Shown: piece after piece, positions 25,491 to 38,530 of the stretch | Layout: each line of letters opens with the position of its first letter | Position numbering within the stretch: position 1 is the stretch's first letter | Origin: Amphiscolops sp. MND2022 | Taxonomy: Eukaryota | Length of the DNA stretch: 64,000 bases | Direction of reading: 5' to 3' | NCBI GenBank assembly: GCA_964187785.1 | Contig: OZ076409.1 | Coordinates: 37,140,001 to 37,204,000 of the forward strand | Translations under genes and position numbers: made by a program | Notes under the pieces: generated by a model | Told to the model about the DNA's origin: nothing | Seen by the model: only the letters and a program-made list of their open reading frames with translations | The model's database searches: none

Positions 25491-28400
25491 TTCCCAGTTA
25501 TTGGGAAGGAATGTAACATCACCAAAATCCTCAGATTTTTTACGACTAGTCAAACGAAAAACGGTTAAATAAAAAATTTAACAATGGAAATAATAATGCT
25601 TACAGTCTAAATTTGTAGCATCGGCTGGTTCACTGTTTTTTCATTTATCCGACTCGGAGTCCAATTGGACATAATCTGTCCCATATCGCCTTGTTGGAAA
25701 TTTAACTCGTTGCATCACTCTTGGAGACAGTGTTGGTGTCTTGCTCTCTATTTCCGATTTGGTGATGGCGATTGTTGGGACTGCCTTCGCCCCAGGGTTT
25801 TGTAGTACCCGTTCTTCCGTCTCTTCCCCCAAATTCTGCTCCGTTGTTTCCTTGTTTCCATCACCTTCCGTGCTGCTGGTTGCGAAGTCGATCACCTTTG
25901 GTCCCATCTCTTCATCCGGATCGAGCTCAAATGCCATCTTAGGTCCTTGCTGCTTCCTTCTCATCTTTTTCTGAAGCTACTCCTTCGGAAATTGTCTTCG
26001 CTGCTCTGCGATTCCGTTTTCGATGTTTGCCCTTTTTTGCGTTTGCCACTCTGCGCACGTCCCAACGCTTCTTTTTGTTCTTTGATTGCGATAGCGATGT
26101 CCCTTTTCGCATACATTGGGTTTGCCCGACGACCCCTCAAGCATAGTCAAAGTATGCGTGATTTCTTTTATTTTTCGGCCCGCCTACTTGTTAACCGTTC
26201 CTCGCAGTTTTGATCCACGTGCACGTTCCCTGAAACAAACGTCGAGTCCAAATCGTTTGAAAGTCCGTTTGGTCGAATTCGAGGTTCTGTTTGTCGAAAT
26301 AACCAGAAATTTTGAGACTAAGTTGGATTTTACAGTATTGGCTGTCTCCCCATTTGCTCTTCGAATGGTGAGCTACTATCTTTTTTTATTTATTCGTCGC
26401 GCAAATAGGATTTCAGACAAATCCGACTAATCCTTGGTTACTATACTTTGTCTATTCGTGCGTAAGCATTCATGATTCGTTCTTATCAGTCGCTCTATTT
26501 TGCCGTTGCCCCTATGATCATGCACTGGGCAGGTCACGTGTTCTATTCCAAACTGTTCGCGAAATCGGGCGAATTCCTCACTGACGAATACCGTACCAGG
26601 CTCTGTCCTTATTTTCTTAAGCACTAAGTATTGTGCTATTTACTGCTTCAAAAATTCAATTACTTTTTTCGTCCTTTGGCACCGTAAAAATTTCGCGTCA
26701 GGACATCCTGAAAAACGATGATATAGACTTTAATAGCAACTTCTTTTTCTTCTCTTGCATTTGGAAAAGACCTGCAAAATCTAGTGCTATTTCTTCGTTT
26801 TGCTCTTTAGTTTTGGAATTTTTCCGCCTTTTTTTTACTTTCAATGCATTTTAAATTCTTACACGATTGCAGACATTATTCGCAGAGTATCGCTTGGTCA
26901 ATTACTTCCCGATGAAATCGGGGCCGCCAGGCAGATAACGCCCACCAATTATAACATTGAGTCACGCCCCGGGGTGCCGGTAATGTGATGAGCACATTAT
27001 CATGGCACCATAGAGCTTGGGATTACTAGATGATTGTCCATAAATAGAAACGTTTGCTCGTCAATTGAAAATGACTGAAAATTTTTGCGCCACGGTGATA
27101 GAAATCGGCTCACGGCTGTTTGATTACAACTTCTTACATTGGAAATGACTCGTTGGATAATCTTCTCCCCATGATAATTTGCTGGTAAAAGTTTTTCGTT
27201 CGAAAATTTTAATGCGGAGTTTTCGTTCCCGTTCATTTTACTTGAATTGCCACCAAGTGAAGCTTACTTGAACCCCCGAAATGCGTGCGTCCCGTGTTCT
27301 GATTGGTTCACGCGCTTTAGCTTTGCTTACGCAATTGACGCTGTTTCTCTCTAATTACACTGTTTACAGCAAACCATTCATTCCATAATGATTTAGCTTT
27401 TAATGATGCACTCTGTAATTCGGTTGAGCGTCTCAATAGGTAGTCTGCCATTTCCAAAGTTCTTCCAGCTACATGTACTACTTCAAATTCACTTGGCAAC
27501 AATCAATAAACCCATCTTGTTAATCTACTGAAAAACATTCTACTTCCACCTTTAGATTTTACCACGTACATTAGGGCTTTGTGATTTGAAACTACTTTAT
27601 ATTGTAAACCGTACACGTAATTTTTAAATTGTTCAACTGCCCAAACACTTGCTAAGAGCTTTTTTCATGAATAGAGTATTTTGTTTCAAAATCGGACAAG
27701 AAACTTAATGCAAAGCAGATTGGTCCAAATACATTATCAGTTTGTCTTTGTCGGAGTACTGCGCCTAGCCCTTGTTTGCTGGCATCACAGTTTCGGATTT
27801 CTTTGTTCCTGTTAGATGCGATAATTCGTCAACATTTTTGATTTTTTTCTTAAACTTGGGAAAGGCTCTCTCATGATTATCATTCCATTCCCACTCTTCA
27901 TTTTTCTTTGAAGTTGATCTAAACGGAAAACTAATTGTAGGAAAACTAGATATGAAAGTTATAAATTGGTTGACTGCCCCCCGTAATGATCGTAATTGCT
28001 TTAAAGTATTTGGTCGAAGCCTTTCGCTTATACCCTGCGATTTTGTTTTGACGGGAGAAGTGCCAGTTCGCGTTTATCTAAAACCCATCCAATCCATTCT
28101 TTCTTGAGGTACTATACATTTTCCCGCCTTTAGTTGTATATCTCGTCCAGAACAGTCATGTATTCTCTCATTTTCTTCTTATGATCTTGTTTGGTTCCCC
28201 TAGTTACAATTAAATTGTCGTCTATGTACACAAATACACTATTTATTTTAGCTAAAGTGAGATCAATCACATTCTGAAACTCAGTTGGCATTACCGTAAG
28301 ACCATAATAGCCTTTGGTAAATCGATATGTTCCGGTAGAATTTCCTCCTACTATTTGAAAAAGACAATGTTTTTTGTTATTTCATGTAATGGGATTTGCC

Positions 28401-30377
28401 CATAAGCGTATCACGTCTACTGACGAACACAAGCTTCCCCCTCTTTCTTCTCTAACTCTTCTGCAATTATATCACAAAAGATTTTCTAAAATGGGCATTT
28501 GGTATTTGTCTTTAGCTATCGATTGGTTCAATGCGCGCGCATCCAAAGCTATTTTCACTGACTTGTCCTCTTCGACTGTTAATATGGTTGGCTGGATAAA
28601 ATCCTCATCCTGAATTTTGTCGTTTTTTTCAATACGCCAGTCTCTTAGTAATTTTTTATTTTCATTATCAACTTGCTCTTGTAATTGAATTGGGATTCTA
28701 CGGCCTTTTGCTGCGTAATTTTTGCATTTTCTTTCATATCGGTTTTTCTTTCGTAGTTCTTTACCCGTCCTTTACGTTTAAACAAATATGGAATTTCCCG
28801 CTTATTTTGCTGAACCTCGGAAATTATCTCTTCTGCGAACTTATCTCATATACCGCTTCAGCGCACTTTACAGTTTTGCTATTTACTTTGCACTCACTTC
28901 TTTCCATTGGTTGACTAATTTTGTAACAGAGAGCATTTAGCCAATCGCGGCCGATGATTCACTTTCCGGTGTTTGCTGCTACCAGCACCCTCGCTTTTGA
29001 AACTGTCACGCCGGGAACCTCTAAACGCAGAAATTGATGTCCCAATAGTTCGAGGTCTTTTGTTATAGTCTACGTAACGTTCGTACCTATCCTGTCCCTG
29101 ACCACCAATTTTCTTTCACCAATAATTTTTCGCGTATCACGTTTGTGAAAAAGGATATTAGAGACACAGTGTCAAAGATTGCTTTAAAAAAGTTTTCGCA
29201 CATTGTTTCTTTCTTTTAAAATGATTTGCTCCCATTTCCAACTATTTTGAGAACTAACTGCATTTCGTTGTCGTCAGATGAATTGTCATCGGTGTCTTCA
29301 ACGATATAATTCACCCTTTGCGTTCCTTGCATGTTGTTATTTTTTTTCTTCAGTCGTTGCATCGTTTCTTTATGTCACTGGGGTAGCTTCTTGTTGCAAC
29401 ACTTTTTCAGATGCCCGACTAATTCGCAGAATTTACATTGATTGTTGGTGGCTACACAGTTCTCTATGTGTTGCGGGGTAAAGTTTAATTCCCCACTTCT
29501 GAAGTTTTCCCGGATGTTAGTCGTTTTTTCTATTGCGTACACTGGCTCACTTTTCACTACAGTTGTAGAGGGTTCTGCAGCTTGTATGCCATAAGACTTT
29601 TGTCTTTTTACCCCCGCCTCTACAGCAATTGCAAACTCTAAGGCCTGCTCTGGCTCTCTAGATTCTGTGCAAAGTTCTTGCACTCTCTTGTTGTTCATGT
29701 GTAATATGAACATATCCAAAACCATCGTATTTGTTATCTCCACGAAGTCGCACAGCGCCACCAAGCCGTTGAATGTGTGCCAAAATAGTTGTAGCGACTC
29801 TCCTGGTTGTTGCATCTTTGAGTAGAATAAATGGCGGTCGAGGGTGCGATTTCTTTTATTTGAAAACATTCTGTGGTCAGTTTTATTTCTTTTCTAACTT
29901 TCAAGTTCCACATGGTTGTGTGCGAGTACTTATCTTTGAACTGTTTTCTTGCCGCCTTTCTTTACGATAAGTACATGACACTCACTACCTTTTCATTTGC
30001 AGGGTCTTCATGCTTGTCCCCCAATCATGCACGAACCCTTGGTGTTTGGTCGGTCACATCCCGTGTTAACTCAGTGGTGGAATTTGAGAACTTTGCAATA
30101 ATAACATTCATTTGGAACAGATCCAGCCACTTGTTCCAATCCATCACACGGGTTGAACTAGCCTCGTGCCAGTACACTTGTAATCCCACAAGGTGTGATA
30201 AAGCAGTTGTTGATAACCACGAAGAAGAGGAATTGTTATTTTCTGCTCGCAGCTCCATGCTAACGTATGACGGTTGTTTTTTGAATGGCCACGAATGGCT
30301 GTTTTTTGGTCCGAATAAATTTTTAGATACTAGTTACAATTTGAAGATAAGAGCTCTGAATTTTCCAAAAGTTTCAC

Positions 30378-30555
30378 TACTGGTACCATGAAACCCTTGC
30401 CAAGATCATGGTCAATCATGGTTAGCCTTTGGGCGATCTTGCATGGCCATGGTATCCTTGCCAAGATCTTGACAAGATCATGGCAAGATCTTGGCAAGGC
30501 TAGCAAGGAACTTGCCATGGATCTTGGCAAGGGTACCATGGCTTCGAACACTGGC
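30378..30555. repeat. Short palindrome-rich dispersed element (GCCAAGATCTTG/CCATGG family); other copies at 42505-42650 and 49696-49862, decayed copies near 51219-51310 and 56135-56290
   Basis: Built from repeated CAAGATCTTG, CCATGG and CTTGCCAAG units. Shares the terminus CCAGTGTTCGAAGCC. Confidence 0.7.
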
Positions 30556-30659
30556 TTGCGCAAGTTCCTCTCCTTATTTGACCTACTAAGTGACACCTTA
30601 CCGCTTGTCTCCACATATTATAGATGCTGATCATGGTGCAGACATTAAAACAATCGCCA

Positions 30660-30901
30660 TGACAGCTAACGTATAACGTATGAAGAAACTTCAAACTAAG
30701 AACTTCAAAAGATGCAGATGATTAAGATTGTATTGTTGATTATCCGAATTGACGTGTTTTATTGCTAGTCTGTTCTTTATCTAGGCTCTCAGGCAAAATG
30801 GCATCAGCGTGAGAATTCTCAAGCCAGACGGTTAGCAGGTACTTCATAAATATTTACAACTTGACACTTCGAAGGTTAAGTAACTTCACACGCCTGTCAC
30901 A
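30660..30901 (-). repeat. 5' LTR of the 25257-30901 element
   Basis: TGTGACAGG...GCTGTCA on the minus strand, followed by TGGCGA. Shares ATCTAGGCTCTCAGGCAAAATGGCA...CAGGTACTTCATAAATATTTA with about 25370-25445. Confidence 0.85.
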
Positions 30902-32117
30902 AATGTTTACCGCTATTTGGAGAGCATTTTGCCAAAGTCTTTTTTGACTCCATGCATACCTGTTTCTAGTACATTTACAAAAACCCTTAAATAGGGTTTG
31001 CTATTGGTCTTCAGCAAACAATTTTAAAAACTTAAGCACTTCAAATGACTCTGCTTTCGTAAGCTTTCCGTTTTTGTCTCAAAATTTAATTGCCAAAAAA
31101 TTATCACAGAGATTTCTGTGACAAAACGAAACGGTCCTTCATGTGACATTTTTCGACACAGTGACATTTTTCTACATTGTAAACTTGTCTCAGAAGTTAT
31201 TAAAAAATCTTCACCTATGACAGCAGTAAACTATAGTATTATAGTACCAATTTACGTTAATTGCGGGCGTCTTGGAGATTTTCACAGAACGTGTCTTAAA
31301 AAAACATAGAAACTATCAACTAAAAACTACCAGCGGAGGATGAAATGTTTTCGATGAAATTACATGCGTGATTCTAACTTTTTTCTTATCAAAGGTACAA
31401 AATTTCACTGCTTCGATGTTTTGCTGCTGAAATCTGTTGCAGTTTGTTTAAAGTTTTGAGGTTTTTGGAGTTTCCAACACGTTCTAATTTTTTGGAAATT
31501 CTATTCAATTTTCTCCGAATCTTTCTGGAATTCTGATTACTGAGACCTTGTTTCAAGTTTCGTAGAAACAAGACCATTGAGATTTGCTTAATTCTCTGTA
31601 TACAGTTTATTTCTACCAATGAAGTTATCACAACCAACATTTTGGTTAACTTCACAATTGGAAAACCATATTTGGTTTAAGTGGGAGAAAGATGATCAGA
31701 AACTATCGAAAGAAGCGAAAACAAGAAAGACAGTCAGAAAACAGACGTCTATAACTTCACGTTGATGGACAAACGAAGGCAGAACTAAACATTGTTCATG
31801 ACTACAATCTTTGGGCCCTAATCGGTCAATGCAAATAGTCCTGTATTTGTTTGGAAGAAATGGCCAACTTTATCTCCAATCGGTCGACTGGGCCCAGATG
31901 TTCTTTTTCCCCTCAACAAGAGAATCTTTGACCCAAGTTGAGCCGTGGCTCCATACTCCTGAACTAATCTCACTTGAATATTTACCTTTTCCAGGTCTCG
32001 AAATTCAATCATCAGATAGATTTATATGATTCAATGTAATCACATTAATTACTTATCAACTTAATCGCCTTGAAATCGAAAGAAAATTTATTGGAGCCAA
32101 AAAGTGTGAATATTTGA

Positions 32118-32277
32118 ATGGCAATCAAGTTCCCTTCAATAAGGAGGAAGGTAGCCCTCCTTCTGGCAATTCTGGAGTCCTTTGGGTTCGCTGGAACTAT
32201 TTTTGGATGGACGTCTTTTACGTATGTGTTTCAGTCCCAGGGGTATTTTGCGTCTGATTGGAATGCTGCCTCTCAAA
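32118..32277 (+). CDS. SLC43A3: SLC43-family (SLC43A3/ENBT1-like) MFS transporter, coding exon 1
   Basis: Translates MAIKFPSIRRKVALLLAILESFGFAGTIFGWTSFTYVFQSQGYFASDW, matching the SLC43 TM1 signature (LE..GFAG..FGW.S...VF...GYF). Ends at donor AAA|GTAAGT, phase 1. The family call is firm; exact orthology to A3 rather than A1/A2 is less certain. Confidence 0.9.
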
Positions 32278-32819
32278 GTAAGTTAATTTGTATTTTCTGC
32301 CGTTCAAGTCTCAATAATCACGCCCAAGATTCCTATCGTCGGCTTTCTCCGGAATTAACAGACGATTTTGACGTAACTGTCTGCCAAAAGTTGCTTTCAA
32401 TAAGTGAACTGTTTCACAAATAAGTGAATAAGAAGAAGTTCTGTGAGCCTTAAAGAGAAATGGACCATTTTCAAAAGTAATAGTGGGCATTTGTCAAAGA
32501 AAATGAAAGCGTTCAAGGATAGCATTTCAAATCTGATTCATTTTTCATTTTGATGCGCTATTTCTTTTGGATATAAAAATCACTCTCAATGATAATTTGT
32601 TCAAAGAAAAAGAAGAAAGTTAATTTCCCCAATTCCGCGGGGTGGACGCCGAACAAGCAGTTCTGCTTTTCTAAGTCGGCGCCTTTCGGCTACTATCTCC
32701 CCATAGCAAGCTATGGTACCATACTTGCAGCCAAATGGTCAAGCAATGGTGGACTTGAAGCAATGGTTTCAAAGTGACTTACTCAAGGTCACAAATATCT
32801 GACTCCTCACCGTTGCTCT

Positions 32820-33462
32820 TTTTATTAGTCGGTGCATTTTCCTTTAAGGAAAAAAGCCCGACTATTACAGTGGCTAGTTTTTTTTTTCTTTTTTTTTTCG
32901 TCAGACCACAGAGCTCATCGCGTATGTACCACTTTTTACAGAAACTGATAAGTTCACTCAGGCCAAGTTCCACCAATGCAAACTTACTGCAAAGGGTCCC
33001 CCCTTTCGTTTTTTTTACCTTTTTTACGTAACCTACAAAACCGGAAGACTCCAAAGGGTCCGCCCTTTCAATTTTTTTTCGGCACTGTGCGAATTTTTTT
33101 TTCGAAAATTTTTAATTTTTCAAAAGAGTCCCCCCTTCGGATTTTTTGATATTTTGCAACAGAAAGTATGTTAATGAATCCCAAAGGGTCCCCCTTTTTC
33201 ATTTTTCGGCACTATGCGACTTTTTCGAAGTTTTTTTCAAAAAAAAATTTTTCAAAAAAATTTTCAAAAAAAAATTCAAAATTTTTTTTTGTTTCCAGTC
33301 GAGAAAAGTGATTTTCCAGTCATATCGAACATGAAAGGCACACTTTGGGTGTCTCGAAAGTGTTTTCAAAGCTTTTCATGAATACATCCTGGGCATATTT
33401 AGAAAACTGAGCTTTTTGAGCCTTAGATATAGCGCCGACTTTAGACGTTCCCGTCTTGTTTT
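32820..33462 (+). mobile_element. Non-autonomous interspersed element, Helentron/HINE-like, complete copy
   Basis: 5' subTIR AGTCGGTGC (32827-32835), 3' subTIR GCGCCGACT (33432-33440), then hairpin AGACG-TTCC-CGTCT and TGTTTT. T-rich flanks; internal AAAGGGTCCCCC / TTTTCGGCACT repeats. Confidence 0.7.
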
Positions 33463-33547
33463 GCTTTCGCCGCCAAATGCGTTATTTTTTGTCACTGACC
33501 ATACCACTAAGCTAGGGATGAAAGACTTGCTTGAGGCCCAACAATGG

Positions 33548-33620
33548 TGAGTTGAGAGAGATTCGAACCTGATATCGCCCCAGTACGGGCCGAATGCTCT
33601 AACCACTACGCCATGCTCCC
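33548..33620 (-). mobile_element. tRNA-derived (SINE-like) head or tRNA pseudogene
   Basis: The minus strand reads TGGCGTAGTGGTTAGAGC...AGGTTCGAATCT (A and B boxes), but the T and acceptor stems do not close. Confidence 0.55.
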
Positions 33621-36600
33621 CTGTTCTGATTTGTTATCAAGGGCTCCATTTTTTGGTCATCGATACTTCTGACAAGCTTTTTGCCGATATACGATTGCAA
33701 TCTTTATCGATTTTACAAAACTGTAGTTTTATAAAACTGTTCCGAAGTTATGATAAACTCAGTTTGTGAGAAAATGTTCTTAGCAGTTCAAAGTCTTATA
33801 GATAGGATTATTCAAAAATGCTAAGATGGTTTTTTTTCAGCAATTAATCGTAGCATAAAGCATTTTAAAGATGATAACTAGAATCTCAGAAACGATTGAA
33901 CTTTTCTCATAATAAACAAATGACTTGGCGATTTTGTGTTGCATTCTTGTTGAATTTCCATATCTTGTTATTGAAGTTCCATATCGAGTTGATCCAAGCT
34001 TGGCGAATTCACGTTTTCATGTTAGCAAGTTGTGTTCCAAAACATCAGCAAAGATACTATGGTTTTCAGTAACTAAAGTTGCAATTTATTAACTTGAATG
34101 AGTTAATTCTGTTACAAATATGGATTTCCTATAATTGGCACTAAAATTTGCTAAAACAAAGGTTAAATCAATTTTCCGAACTCGCTAGTAGTTGATTGAA
34201 TCAGCTGACAAAAATTTAATTTAATTAACTCGCCGTGATTGGACAAAAGTTCTGAGTATTCTGCCAAAAAGAACCCGGTAGCCTCGGTAAGACTCGGTAA
34301 CCACTTTTTTTCCAACTGAAAACACAACCATTTTTTTCGGAAAATTCTCGTAGTGCCGAAAAAGTAGCTTTCATCTAGCAAAACAACTTTTTCTCAAGCC
34401 GAAATCAACGATGAAAACGAGAAGGTACCCTTTGACCAAATGAAAGCTTCGGAAAAAGACACATCGAGCCGGAAAAAACGTCAAGGTTTTCTCAAAATAA
34501 TTAATAAAATTCACTAGTTCCACAGAATCAGAAAGTAACAAAGAGATTACACCCTCAAGACTCGGAAAACATGTTTGCTTTAAAGAAAACCTCAAAACAC
34601 CAAAAATTATGAAAAAATGTCACATTTTTTGTGAAAAGTGTGAAAAGATGTTTTTCAAATTCTTACTTGAATTGAGGGAGGGAGTTTAGGCTTGAAAAAA
34701 AATAAAAAAAGTGCCGAAAAATTCTAAAGAGGGGACCCTTTGGTCTTCCCCTACTTTTAAAAACATTAAAAAATTGGTTAAGTGCGTGCGGTACTCGAAC
34801 ACGCGTACCCCTGCTTCTCGGACCTCGTCTCAGAGCTCAGAAATCTGGGTTAATCTCCACGCTTAGTGGCAGTTGAAAATTGCAAACTTTGCCAAAATTG
34901 AAGAGCTTTTGGAAGAACTACTTTTGGCTAATTCAGGTGTATCGAAAAAAAACTGACGAAAAGCCAAGTTGCTCTTTTCTAAAGAAAAGCGCCGACTGAA
35001 AACAATCTCCTAGACCGATTGTCAGTTAATTTCCAAGTTACGTTTACTGGGGAAAAGCTGACCGAAGGACTCACATGGGTTTCCAATGACTCACATGGGT
35101 TTTCAATGATTTGCGAAGTAATGGACCAGAATCCACACAGAAACGGTTTATACCCTTTTCAAGAATCAGGACCTCAAAAACCTCAGTTTTTTTCATCTTG
35201 GCTGGCAGTTACGGAAACAAAGACTTCATGATTTGATTGTACCTAGTGGCCAAATTGGGTTCAACTCTTACCACTATCATGTCATAGTTTTTGTTGAAGT
35301 AGCATTTGTTCAGGCATTTGCAGAACAGAGTTTAGAGAAGCTTTAGTTTCAGCGATGTGTCATAAAATGTTTGTAAGGCAGTTATTAACTGAATGCTTTC
35401 AAAAATCTCAATTTTAGAGGAAGTTTTGAGATCATATACCCATAGTTTTTTTATAGTTCATATATCATAGTTCATATATACCTGAGTAGTTTTTCAACCT
35501 CTCAGGAACATTTTATAAGGCTAGCTTTCCTGTTAAGTTGTCGCTTCGGATTAATTGGTGATGTCCGAGTTTCCTCATACGTTTTTTTTGCACCTAGATA
35601 ATAAAACATCAGTTCTCTTTTGTGTTTGCAGTTCCCTCTACAAACACTGACAATGATATTTTAAGAAAAATATTTAATTGAGCTGCGTATTTTTTTTCAA
35701 AATTTGCCACGATCCAACACTACACACAAGTTAAAGGGTTAAACCCCTGAAATTCAACTGATGTAAGTTTACCTTCATGCGGTTTCAGTATGTATGTGTA
35801 GAAATTTTAATTTTCAGGTGGACACCAAAGACCCCAAAATGACCACAAATAAGCTAAAATTCCAAAAATTTACAATTTTTCAACGTTTTTAAACAATTGT
35901 TTTAAATTTCTCTGTGAATTTTCTGGATTAAAAAGCCATATACGTTTAACAAACAACGAACGAATTGGTTGTCTAATAGACTTTTTAGCAAAAAGTTGCA
36001 ACAAAAAGACCACAAAAAAGTCAAAAAATACTAAATTATATACTATTTGAATTTCTAGGGTAATTTGCGTGATTTTCGTGAAATAACTTCGAAACTGTTT
36101 AACAACAATTGAATATGTTGTGAGGTAGACTTTTTGAAGAAACAAATTCATTTTTTGCTTCAAAAACACTCCAGAATGACCCCAAGGAGTCGGAAAATAG
36201 GCAAAAACATCGAAACTTCGAAACTGCATTTTTGTCAAAGTTTTTGAAAATGTTTCGATAATGCAGTCGATATCCAGTTGGTATTTTGCAGAGATAATTG
36301 CAGATTTGTGATAGCAAGAAGCCTCAAATGACCAGGAAAAAGCTGTAAAGAACCAAATTTTCCATTTTCTGATACTTCAAGTGATTATCTATGGAACTTT
36401 TCGTGAATCAAACGGTTGTAGAATTCCAAAGGCTTCATCAAGCAATGACAAGCGCATTTTGCATTTTTCGAGGTAGATAGATGGGGCAATACTTCAGAAT
36501 GACCATAAAAAGTCAAACTTCCAAAGTTTTAGGATTTTTGTTGAATTTTCATTTAAGTTGCTTGTTAGAAGAATGGGAAAATTCAACAGCAAACAAACGC

Positions 36601-38324
36601 TTTACGAGTAGTCTCTTTGAAAATCCAATGCAGCTTCATTAAAAAAAAAACGCCGAAATAGCCACCAAAAACTCCAAAAATTTGGGAGACATATTTGAAT
36701 CGTTTTGTGAAAAAGATCTATTGAAAGTCTGAAAAAAATAATTAGGTACGCATTGTGCTGTTTTGATGCTAAATTTGTGCTTAGTTTGTGAAGTATGCTA
36801 ATTTCTGCTATTTCTGTTGAATATGCCGATTTGTGCAAAAAATTCGAAAGACCTCAAAAAAGTTCAAAGTCTGAAAGTTTCATACATTTGCCCTGCCCTT
36901 TTACTACGAAACTTCTGTGAAACATCAAAGATTTAATGGCTTCAATCTAAAAAACTCAATGACGAGTTGAAATATTGATCTGTTTCGCTTCTTTGTAGTT
37001 TTGCCTGCAGTTCGCGTTGGTATTTTCGCAATTCAGAAATTAACAAAACACTCCAAATCATCTACATGGGTAGGCAGTGAGTTTATAAAACAGAAAATAT
37101 TTAAGTTTTGTTAGTACAAAATTATCTCACAATGACCCAAATTAACAAAATTTTGTTGTTTTTTTGTTGTTTTTTGTTGTTTTTTTAAAACAATTCGAGC
37201 TCTTTCAGAAGTTAGCATGATGTATGCATTCAACAATGACTGAATCCTGTTTGCAGTTGGTTTTTTTGAAAGAAAAACAGTTGCAGTTTCTTAGGAAGGT
37301 GCCCTAACGTTACCGCACAAGTGTCTCAAAAACTAAAACTTTCTTCTTTATGAAATTTTTAGAAGAGTTTCAGCTCCGAAATTCTGAAAATAGATGCATC
37401 AGCAATTAAAAAACATGCAGCAAGTAAACCAGTTATGCATTACGATTTTTGAAAAAAACCTCTGAATGAACCCAGAAATTTACAATTTGTCGTTCTTTAT
37501 TTTGCAACATCTGAAAAAAGTATGAAAAAACGTATATCAGCATGATAAATATGTCCGACGACGCTAAAGTACTTATCCTGTACTATTTTATTAATGCGCA
37601 AAAGCATTACCTGCAAGAATTTTTGGAGATCCTTGCATTTTGCGCTAGGAAATAATCCTCAGAATCCAACAATGCTGAGTTTTGAATAATTTCATGCACT
37701 TTTCGTGAAATTTCGAAACATTTGCTGGGTTAAAATAATGAAACTGTTTAGGACGAAAAACTGAATATCCAATAGGTTTTGTTGAATAATAACACAAGCT
37801 AAAATAAGGCACAAAAGTTTAAAAAAAAAAACAAAAATGTCCAAAAGCTAGTTTTTGGACAACCTTCCACATCATGATATTCATTCGATTTGAAGTTCCA
37901 TTGACTAGTTTCTAGCTAGAAATTTAAAAATTCAGCAGAGAAAGGTGGTTAAATTTCATAAATGCTTTCCTAACTGACTAAGATCAGCAGGCACAGCATT
38001 GATGTAGCGAGCAGAGCGCGTTTCAAATCGAAATCGGACAAATTTGTCATCGAAACCATTAAAAGTTTTTTGACCCTTTCTGCTGAGTATTGTTCAATGC
38101 TCTCCGGATGAAAAAATTAGCCATGCAAAACGCCTTTTGGAGGAAAAGTTTGCAGTTTTCTGGAGATAAAAATTACCGCACGATGACTCAAACTCTAGTA
38201 GAACTGCAAACTTTTTCTTGTTTGATTAACGTTTTGTTCAGTTTGTTCTACCAAAAGAAACTAAACCAATAGTAGTACGTGGTGCGAAGTTATAAAATCT
38301 TTTAGTGCGAAGTTATAAACAAAA

Positions 38325-38530
38325 CAGTAACGTCTCAAGTCGACGCTATATCTAAGGCTCAAATAAAATCGAAGGGGGACCCTTTGGAGACATAAAAAAA
38401 TCGAGAAAAAGTCGCACAGTGCTAAAAAAAACGAAAGGAGGGACCCTTTACCTTCATCCGGTTTTGTAGGTTACGTTTGAGAAGTAAAAAACAAAGGGGG
38501 ACCCTTTGGAAAACCTTACATGCGTTTCCC
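38325..38530 (-). mobile_element. HINE-like family fragment
   Basis: AACGTCTCAAGTCGACGCTATATCTAAGGCTCAAA and three GGGACCCTTT motifs. Confidence 0.55.

Larger units (their letters stand above)
25257..30901 (-). mobile_element. Old Ty3/gypsy (Mag-like) LTR retrotransposon
   Basis: Diverged LTR pair (about 25257-25490 and 30660-30901); PBS TGGCGA at 30654-30659 on the minus strand; gag WNKWLDLF, RHLFYSKMQQPGES and CKFCELVGH; RT KIALDARALN and YIDD; RH DASKQGLG; IN GNGKIERLIRT. Many stops. Confidence 0.9.

Noticed and set aside
31818..32012. Divergent minus-strand gene next to the SLC43 start
   Set aside because: A short ORF with no recognisable motif and no further exons that I could link.
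33548..33620. Functional tRNA genes here and at 51061-51135
   Set aside because: A and B boxes are present but the cloverleaf stems do not close.
35730..38050. Possible coding ORFs in the AT-rich tracts here and at 59250-62650
   Set aside because: Low-complexity K/F/N-rich translations from old degenerate repeats. A TTAAACCCCT end is suggestive, but the boundaries could not be supported.
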